Positions 58,301-64,000 of a stretch of 64,000 nucleotides of DNA are shown here, piece by piece. The position numbers and the translations under genes are program-made. Source of the stretch: a virus. The DNA lies in the IMG/VR virus record IMGVR_UViG_3300008952_000003, positions 1 to 64,000 of that record; one strand, written 5' to 3'. Under the pieces are notes generated by a model. That model was not told the origin of the DNA. It searched no databases and saw nothing but the letters and a program-made list of their open reading frames with translations. How positions within the stretch are numbered: position 1 is the stretch's first letter; each line of letters opens with the position of its first letter.

Positions 58301-61300
58301 CCTACAAAATACCCCTGGCCAAACGGCTAGAATAAGATTTAGACAAGATAATTTTTCAAACCCCAAGAGAGACCACTGGGCACTTAATGAAGTTACAATA
58401 TCAGAAATAACATATGTAGACCCAGTAACTTTCTCGCCTTACGGTGATTTTGTTTCTAGATTGTGGACCGGTGGCCCAAATATTAGATTCGGCGCAAACT
58501 TAGAGGAAATCGCAGACACCCCGCTTTTCGAGGTGTATGTCCCAACTGTATATAATGGCTTAAACTACAATGTTTATGAGCCAATCGATACTGAAAACTC
58601 TCAAATCGGATATCCACTTTCAACCGATATAGGCGATTATCTGAATGAAGCCCTTGTACCAGGTTTTAGAAATAAGGTTGGAGACGTTCCCGCGCAACGC
58701 CTTGGAAGATCCAGCATGCTAAACGCCATTCTTCTAAAAAGAAACGGCCCATATCAATATCCCAACTGGAAGCAAATTAGGACGGGCGAGCATGCTCTAG
58801 CAAGATACTACAGAAACAACAACATTATCACTGTCACAAGAGAGCCCGGCCGAAGCTTGACACTAGATGGACAAGCTTATATAGAGCCATTTGGAGATAC
58901 ATTTTCCTTCAAGGAGCCAGCAGTTAATTCGAAATATGCTCCTGTTGAGTTCAGTCTCGGCATGAGAATGGAAACAATACCAGAAAATGGTGATCCATAT
59001 TATATTGTGCGCCCAGTGACAATCAAGACAAGCTATGGAAACAACTTGGGTTATTTTGATAGCCCCAAACTAAATAGGCTGGCAAAATTTGATGACGAAA
59101 ATGATGGTCTTGAAGAGCAGCCATACGATGTTATTAAAGATATGTATTTAAATGGCGCACTGAATAAGTTAGAAAGCCCAGTATACAGTCTGGTTAGCTT
59201 GAAATACGCAGAAAAAGTATATCCAGCAGTAAAAAACCTATATTCAAAACAAGTCCGCGAACGAATTGATTTTTCTAATACTTTCTGGCGCCAATCAAGA
59301 GTTGATAGAAACACGCTTGGTTCTGAAAAGTTCGGAGGAACAAACTCTCAAGGATTTGTTCGCGCCCAAAGCGCCTGGGCCCTAGATGGCCGCACTGATT
59401 TTACAAGAAACGCCAATGTTGCTAGAAACTATGATAGCCCCACCTCGACAAACGGAGAGTTGCAAAACGAATATACGATGGTGTGGAGAGAGAATCACAT
59501 CGTCGCCCCAGCTTTTGCTGAGGATCTCTTCCCGACAGTCATATACAGTAGGAGACAGGATCCAAATACTTTGTATTCAGTGGTGTCTCCAAATGGAATG
59601 GAGTTCATAAACACGAATTCAACAAGCTCTACATATGTCGCACAGATAGAATTCCAATCAGATTTCTCCAACTATCCAGGAACAGCATCCCATGGTTATA
59701 TTAACTCTGCAGTCGGCGATGCAAAATGGCAATCCGGAGAACTGGCTGGGAAAATTATCGATGGAAGTTTCGCATCTGCATCTACTACACCATATTACGA
59801 TGACTATGACAGATTCAATGAAGAACTGAGATTGAAAAACAAGGATTACTCAATAGTTCCAGAGTTCAGAATCAGCGAACACATGGATTTTTATTTCGAT
59901 GAGCATGGTGGTGATTTTCTAACAAACAACAAGAATATGCTTTCTATCTTTGGGTCACCGTCAGCAAGTTCTGGTCAGGAGGGTTTTTACAAAACTTACT
60001 CTCACGGCGATTTCATGAAGTTCTTTGAAGTCATCGATTCTGACCACAAAGAAATAAGTGATTTAGAGAAGACATTGACACTAAAGTGTAGTGCTTTGAA
60101 GAAGTTTGTACCTTATGATGGATTTTATCCAGCAGAAAGATGCCTAGAGATAGCTAATAAATTTTCTAGTTCATATTCGCAGTATGTGACCTCAAGTGGG
60201 AACTTTGAGTTCAAGGATACTCAAATTAGAATGAGACCTCTCATGGCACCATTTATGGCCCCTGGGATACTATTTAACACTATCAAGTCGGGTATCGCCG
60301 TAGATTATCCAGTATACACTGGCTCATATATTGCGGCGCGATATATACTGAAAAACTCAACCCCCGGAATACACGGTGGTGACACCTATTTAGAAGAAGA
60401 TTTTGTTTCTGGCAGCGGAGGAACATTCGAGAGAGGCGTGGACACAGCAGTGTGGGATTTTGATACTTCCAATGACGGGCCAGATGTCAGAGAAAATGTC
60501 GCACAAACAAACTGGATTTTCAGATTCAGGGGGACGCACTCGCCAGACAAGAGGTATTTAATAACTCAAGATGAATTTGAGACTCCATTCAGAGTGACTT
60601 TTAAATATTGCAGGGGAGACTTTGAAAATGGTCTAACTCCGGGCTATGATCTAGAGCGCCCGGAAGTTAACGATGATTTCATGTTTGGTTATAGCGTTGA
60701 TGGTGGCACAACATGGCTGACCCAATCTGTTTTTACCTCTGGATCTACCAAATCTGGAGATGACTTAGTTGCCCTCGGAGGTTCCGGATTCTTAGAGCAT
60801 ACGGCATCTTTCCCAGCAGGCTCCGGGTCTGTCAAATTGATGTGGAAGCAGATAGATTGGACTGGTGGAAATGCTGATAACTGGGCCATCGACGATGTGT
60901 CGATTGATGCCTATTTCCACCCAACTCCTTACTATGGACTCGGCCCAAAAAGCATAGATAAAGTTGGGTGGGATTACAGAGTTCCATTCGAGGCCGTATT
61001 ATATCCGGAAATGACAAATGGATTAGATTTCGTAGATATGGAAGTGAATCCACAAATTGCCCTGTCAAGCTCTCTTACGTTCGGAGTCATCATCGATCCA
61101 AGCATGCGGACAAGATTGGTTGCCCCATCTACTGATAATTTGTATAAACTCATGATCAATAATTTCTTAGCAGAAACGGTTGAGTTTTTTCTGAAAAATG
61201 GTCGCCTTTCATCATTTAGATCAAACGCGAGTGATACTGGATTCGAATTCAAGTCAGGATCCTACGGAATGAGGGTAAAGATCCGAAGAAGTATGAACAA

Positions 61301-62954
61301 AGAGAGAAAACACCCGACAGATTTCACACTTCCAGTTGATTGGTATGCCGATGAAGGGCTGCATGAAACCGTAACGATGTACAGTAAGCCATCTTCTTAT
61401 GGACCTCCTATGATGGGGTCGAATATTATTTATGATTCTGGAAGCTATGGTACCTCAAGGGATCGTCAACAAAACTCAGATAGTTTATTTGGAAGAAATC
61501 CCTCATTTACACCACCGTATTACGACGGAGAGTCATGGATTGACATAGTATATTCATCGGCTGTCGACAGGGTGTTGACTCTGGAAGAATTTTTTATGTC
61601 AGCTAGCGTCAATACTCAAAGAATACCAAACAATGAGGCCGCGTGGCCCAATATTCCAGGGGCGATCGGGGCTGTTGTCGCCGATGAATTTCCAATGCAC
61701 AGAAAGAATGCAGATGATTACGCTATGCAATTAAATTCGTCGATCAATCTATTTGGAAAGGCCTTCGACCGCTCAGTCACTTCGGATATCGAATCGTCAG
61801 CTAGGTGGACTATTGAACCTAAGATGGAGGTCCCGGTGTTGAATTTCGGAGATAAAACAAGGCGCCCCCTAACGTTTGAAAATATAGCCCTTCCGACTGG
61901 TGGAGACCCGCTAGACAACTCCGATCGTTTGGACGGATTTCTTGGAAAAACTGCCACACCGATTGGCATGTGGCATCAGTTTGGTTTAATCCCGGAAAAA
62001 GATGAAGGAATACATTTGAGTATAGAAGATATTCCTGTTGATTTTCTCAACAAACCAACATTAAATTCCTTTTATGTGGGCGGCCCAAATATGAAATCAC
62101 TCATCGATATAGTTGGGTTCAACAAGGGCGCCTCAAGAAAGATTGGGAAAGTGGCTGAATCAAAAACAGTTCACGAAGCAGTAGTCGCGATTCCGTACAT
62201 TATTAAGGACGGAGAGAGAAAATTCTTCAAAGTTTGCGGGAATTTAATCAAAAATGCACGCTCAGTTCTGGGAGATGGCACCGAAGCTGTTTCGGAAGAG
62301 CGCCCTGGCGACTCTATTATTGACATGGTATCAAAAATGAAGAGGTATATACTCCCTCCGAGAATGGATTTCGTAGCAAACGATAGTGTGGATCCATTTG
62401 CAATATACATATTTGAATTTTCGCACACTTTTGATCAAAATGATCTATCTTATATCTGGCAAAACACAATGCCAACCACGGGAACCTCCTTTGAGGAGGC
62501 TACAGCAGAGCTTTCCCACAAAATAATCAACAAAGAATTGCTAGAAACATTCAAAGATAAAATAAAATGGCTAGTATTTAAAGCAAAGCAAAGAGGCAAC
62601 AACAATTACTTCAGTCTCGTAAGTGGCCAGTCAGAAGAGGGTAGTGAACAACACAAATATAGTTACAATTGGCCTTATGATTACTTTTCAATGGTAGAAT
62701 TTATAAAAATAGAGTCCGAAATAGAGTATTCGACCGAACAAGCGATTGATATTAATGATTCGTTTGCAGAAGTCAACGAATCACTCCAAAAGGGAGTTAG
62801 ATCCACAAAACAACTCATACCATCACAAGAAAAAGACAGGGCATATACCTCTGAACTGACGATGACAGAGGCAAAAACTGAAAAAAGAGAGAAAGTAAAA
62901 GAAGACAGAGAAAAGAGAAAGATAAGGGGAGCCTTTAAGGCGAAGGACGATTAA
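52302..62954 (+). CDS. giant baseplate/adhesion protein (3550 aa) with LamG and Reelin-like domains
   Basis: LamG motifs (SIEFWMK, KWHHYAF, LDEFRYW), the wedge-type IYKSKGTEKGFRN motif, and two Asp-box/Reelin-like domains (S.D.G.TW...W.Q...D.WA...V.I). Confidence 0.8.
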   Translation: MTIRDLFDSANSYKILSNENLENLGANVESSGNMQQRLEEKDRFVPIVNFRYPENFARYGKAEKYYKDSLSRIYNDYPYDGSLKERAQFRNESSYLDLYLLDNKYPRSTGYSIFSPNGWGTQVDSASFGGDPTNIIAKPSTLEYIQVIGGPHESPSEFISSSLRSQFEHANKYDSSTHRESNLKCDFDEGVSIEFWMKKSTLMTGSTSFEVPAMLSNEDSGSVQILLSTRDAADPTQTRFTTVFTSGSIVGFDDTAPLTNTEILDDKWHHYAFTFQNSASVVEIKTYYDGALVQQAPASYPLGVPSTISEITGALKLNVGASRKALYNLAPGVNVDWPEDGWGKLSGSLDEFRYWKTARTSEEIGKYWFTQYGGGTNRDDANVDLGVYLKWNEGITGINSIDSTALDYSGRISNGSWTGYTPEARSTGSAMDEYLKKESEFRDPIIYSFHPRVVSLENSLIESGSAYDLENNASIYNSIPSWITEDDEIGSEDVLNLTQILASYFDTLQLQMEALPALKDKTYNDPNIIKPKTFSSRLLESQGFIAPEIFADVDALAQIMNRDDDRKYELDLTDIKNTIYQNVYNNLINIYKSKGTEKGFRNIVRCFGVDDELIRLNIYGNNVSYDLKDNYRTTTLKKRYADFNHTDRFSATVYQQTASGNPNTVSFISASSDSEYVPFTLEAEVIFPKKLGKDNPLYFDTPFLSSSLFGFHGGIDDINFAWPPLADDRNLQVYAVREELESKNVFFQLRNRDASINLTTDIFEDVYDNQKWNFALRYRFPVTGVDLVSGSDTATPIVELYGVNSDAGIVSNEFLLTASVASSFGTSPKRIYLGGHRLNFTGSIIDHADTKISSLRYWTSYLDNDVIKVHARDPSNYGTKSPYESTYLYITSLTGVAVPQAETLALNWDFSTVTSSDGGISGVPTISDAGYTVQDFSSGSLNLIDRYKWLGNIVKRQHTGRGDFLLPDDKKVVDVKYVYSGKQVAPEVIQSSDAISVLGESDIYFNRDTRPVNFFYALEKSMYQTISDEMLNIFSTIVDFNNLIGDPVNRYRQKYKSMEKLRQLFFERVQNTPDLDKYVEFYKWIDASLNIMLQQLVPMSADVSKEIRTMIESHILERNKYWTKFPTLEMVPTDPESGAKGINELLYDWKRGHHPVNNQQDTNCPWWKQRADRVGDTIASPVISSGDPKVDAGRQKILDVSVSALNRSYSTPYRLGTAQSKVLKGGSNVPGAKKQNFLRTTLNFGTTNGLLLLDGPKYVIDCVEDDVYQLNYRSFVKKIPFTDDYTTNNFNFLAPGTLVGFPDKGSVPTADYHQDSYGPDIEVPAQSPFTEAHVGGLQFRHAPANDGLDDANSRPEGWKVDFSPSGVILTHPDVDKPRAMYYRDETAKRPLNIRNIKGSYGNYTKDHQVVQSAGRYINNHAWVQAGGWDLNPAGAPSIYVAGLIDIPRIQRGRHESTIVSRFSAPGGPETMGDSNGGPGLDRYSAELSFNNDLNARNYTVRSIENKLLTSHVNQFGYFSNTGDIVDGPSSSVNPLDYSGTGSIYQVNRNIRRRLELSGTAVITGSLYDNYWVNHPIPQSDLQYAWINSSYESVDPSGLGYWHEAMFEFTTREKVVLSESFTSSLDPTKWTSQSVTMRQSDDSDNWIARMGTNLGVGSDPRLLTTAKDYNLPFRVDYSYARGGFQNPTSRMYLEFDGNSLLYGSAAAVSASDGRNSISFWLKFQGPIGSDRRIMCTGNSQDKRLYLDLVTPTNYSLRYIRRFTGTDKSFRVTLTDLYDSDYFLENFVHICLVDDENDPVFEPVLYVDGMNATTFSSPSFFSATGTPEIILPSERFHIGENFLGTSTEAFSGSMDSISWFNKLLTEAQAQELYNNGTPGAVQNVSFWPTSITASNQVHYWQLGDANNDEILLGAPPVSPSVYDVGEIPGAHDEDLYAWGAGDMQFLEYPGYNMASPQVTNDETMSFEVSLDSGATWVTASVLADLGDLAGNNVGFLTKNRTFLQNTPGQTARIRFRQDNFSNPKRDHWALNEVTISEITYVDPVTFSPYGDFVSRLWTGGPNIRFGANLEEIADTPLFEVYVPTVYNGLNYNVYEPIDTENSQIGYPLSTDIGDYLNEALVPGFRNKVGDVPAQRLGRSSMLNAILLKRNGPYQYPNWKQIRTGEHALARYYRNNNIITVTREPGRSLTLDGQAYIEPFGDTFSFKEPAVNSKYAPVEFSLGMRMETIPENGDPYYIVRPVTIKTSYGNNLGYFDSPKLNRLAKFDDENDGLEEQPYDVIKDMYLNGALNKLESPVYSLVSLKYAEKVYPAVKNLYSKQVRERIDFSNTFWRQSRVDRNTLGSEKFGGTNSQGFVRAQSAWALDGRTDFTRNANVARNYDSPTSTNGELQNEYTMVWRENHIVAPAFAEDLFPTVIYSRRQDPNTLYSVVSPNGMEFINTNSTSSTYVAQIEFQSDFSNYPGTASHGYINSAVGDAKWQSGELAGKIIDGSFASASTTPYYDDYDRFNEELRLKNKDYSIVPEFRISEHMDFYFDEHGGDFLTNNKNMLSIFGSPSASSGQEGFYKTYSHGDFMKFFEVIDSDHKEISDLEKTLTLKCSALKKFVPYDGFYPAERCLEIANKFSSSYSQYVTSSGNFEFKDTQIRMRPLMAPFMAPGILFNTIKSGIAVDYPVYTGSYIAARYILKNSTPGIHGGDTYLEEDFVSGSGGTFERGVDTAVWDFDTSNDGPDVRENVAQTNWIFRFRGTHSPDKRYLITQDEFETPFRVTFKYCRGDFENGLTPGYDLERPEVNDDFMFGYSVDGGTTWLTQSVFTSGSTKSGDDLVALGGSGFLEHTASFPAGSGSVKLMWKQIDWTGGNADNWAIDDVSIDAYFHPTPYYGLGPKSIDKVGWDYRVPFEAVLYPEMTNGLDFVDMEVNPQIALSSSLTFGVIIDPSMRTRLVAPSTDNLYKLMINNFLAETVEFFLKNGRLSSFRSNASDTGFEFKSGSYGMRVKIRRSMNKERKHPTDFTLPVDWYADEGLHETVTMYSKPSSYGPPMMGSNIIYDSGSYGTSRDRQQNSDSLFGRNPSFTPPYYDGESWIDIVYSSAVDRVLTLEEFFMSASVNTQRIPNNEAAWPNIPGAIGAVVADEFPMHRKNADDYAMQLNSSINLFGKAFDRSVTSDIESSARWTIEPKMEVPVLNFGDKTRRPLTFENIALPTGGDPLDNSDRLDGFLGKTATPIGMWHQFGLIPEKDEGIHLSIEDIPVDFLNKPTLNSFYVGGPNMKSLIDIVGFNKGASRKIGKVAESKTVHEAVVAIPYIIKDGERKFFKVCGNLIKNARSVLGDGTEAVSEERPGDSIIDMVSKMKRYILPPRMDFVANDSVDPFAIYIFEFSHTFDQNDLSYIWQNTMPTTGTSFEEATAELSHKIINKELLETFKDKIKWLVFKAKQRGNNNYFSLVSGQSEEGSEQHKYSYNWPYDYFSMVEFIKIESEIEYSTEQAIDINDSFAEVNESLQKGVRSTKQLIPSQEKDRAYTSELTMTEAKTEKREKVKEDREKRKIRGAFKAKDD

Positions 62955-62956
62955 AA

Positions 62957-64000
62957 ATGGAGTTTTTTGACGATAAAGAAGAGGTATTGGATATACAATT
63001 GACTCAATTTGGGAAGCACTTGCTATCTCTTGGGAAGTGGAAGCCCACATATTATGCTTTTTTTGATGACAATATTCTTTATGACGGAAAATATGCCGAA
63101 TTAGTCGAAGAACAGAACGATATAGAGGGTAGAATACAAGATATCACCCCACAGATGCACACTCAGCATGTTTTTTCTGGCAGAGAAACGGATTTTTTAA
63201 GAATTCTGGAAGCAAAAGAAGAAAAAGACCTCAGTGAAGAGGAAAAGGTAAGGATTCAATCAACACCAGAAAGGGATTACTCACTAGTGTCCCCCCTTGG
63301 AAACTCAGAACTGGGAGTAGATAAAACACCAAGGTGGTCAATTAAGTCATTATCTGGCGAGATACAAAGTTCTTCTGAATTCCTCACAGGATCCTTTCAG
63401 AGTCTAAGGATTCCACAGATAAATATGCAAATATCATATCGAGCACTCGCCAGGAGTACGAGGGCATTCCCCGCAGGAGTGGAATCTTTTGGGCAGATTG
63501 AGGCAGAAGAGCTTAATCTGGGGGTTTTTTCTGATGGCACCTTCTTGGATATAATTAGTGATTCTCTATTGCTGGATATTTCTGAGCTTAATACGGAGTT
63601 TGATGTTGAGAATTTCGAAATAGAAGTCTTCAAAGTTGAAAATAGCGAGCTTCCGGGAACAAGTAATCCAAATATTAGCACTTTAAATCAACTTTTTTTC
63701 GAAAAAAGAAAAGAGCAAATACAAAACAATATTTTAATTTCTGATAGGCCATCCAACGAGATAATTCCCACTGATCCAACGTATGTGGAGTATTATTTTG
63801 ATGTATTTCTAGATGACGAAATCGATGAAAATACGATATGTGCCGCCGTAAGCAAGCTAAAATCAAACGGAATTTACATAGATACAGAGTTCGATTGTCC
63901 CGAGTCCCCACTCCAGGCTACAGCAGTTAATCCATATTTAGATCAGACTGAAACGACCCTGGTTGTGTGTAATGATGACGACATAAATACGCCTCCAAGG
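62957..64000 (+). CDS. conserved large-phage structural protein, partial (runs off the window)
   Basis: MEFFDDKEEVLDIQLTQFGKHLLSLGKWKPTYYAFFDDNILYDG; open to the window end. Confidence 0.75.
   Translation, partial: MEFFDDKEEVLDIQLTQFGKHLLSLGKWKPTYYAFFDDNILYDGKYAELVEEQNDIEGRIQDITPQMHTQHVFSGRETDFLRILEAKEEKDLSEEEKVRIQSTPERDYSLVSPLGNSELGVDKTPRWSIKSLSGEIQSSSEFLTGSFQSLRIPQINMQISYRALARSTRAFPAGVESFGQIEAEELNLGVFSDGTFLDIISDSLLLDISELNTEFDVENFEIEVFKVENSELPGTSNPNISTLNQLFFEKRKEQIQNNILISDRPSNEIIPTDPTYVEYYFDVFLDDEIDENTICAAVSKLKSNGIYIDTEFDCPESPLQATAVNPYLDQTETTLVVCNDDDINTPPR

Noticed and set aside
23007-62954. Inteins, introns or diversity-generating retroelement in the large genes
   Set aside because: I saw no Hint or LAGLIDADG motifs, frame breaks, reverse transcriptase or TR/VR repeat pair.
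405-63911. Numerous short antisense or alternate-frame ORFs in the track
   Set aside because: They are fully nested in longer motif-bearing genes and lack SD or recognisable motifs; they are shadow ORFs.
1-64000. Stop-codon reassignment (as in some jumbo phages)
   Set aside because: Coding density is high in the standard code; TAA, TAG and TGA all end recognisable full-length proteins, and there is no suppressor tRNA.
1-64000. Eukaryotic giant virus or bacterial chromosome origin (DOT1-like, Reelin-like and sugar genes)
   Set aside because: Sigma70 promoters, SD sequences, bacterial-type tRNAs with CCA, a gp55-like sigma and gp25/gp6 baseplate genes indicate a tailed bacteriophage.

Overview
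This 64-kb window is part of a large (jumbo-type) myovirus-like bacteriophage genome. It is AT-rich, almost entirely + strand, and reads in the standard genetic code. No ribosomal or housekeeping bacterial operons are present. 0-26 kb is an accessory region. It holds five tRNAs, a tRNA-Ala/tmRNA-like 3' remnant, host-type enzymes (DOT1-like methyltransferase, ferritin-like di-iron protein, VOC/HPPD-like protein, TlpA redoxin, LpxH-like phosphoesterase, fatty-acid hydroxylase, ClpP, PhoH, cytidylyltransferase), several probable head-packaged proteins, a G-free 8/9-mer repeat array, a Fis-like HTH gene and a promoter-driven ~195-nt structured RNA candidate. 25.7-39.3 kb is a tightly coupled operon: a Cas4-like nuclease, 4 core glycosyltransferases, GT11 and GT10 fucosyltransferases, 5 sulfotransferases, methyltransferases, GDP-fucose synthesis (gmd, fcl) and an epimerase. 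39.3-64 kb holds a gp55-like late sigma factor and a contractile-tail baseplate module (M15-peptidase hub, spike, gp25, gp6, and a 3550-aa LamG/Reelin-like protein). Two promoter classes are visible: consensus sigma70 promoters and a recurring intergenic nTAnTTAY motif, probably the late promoter. Family assignments come from motif recognition by eye, not from database searches.
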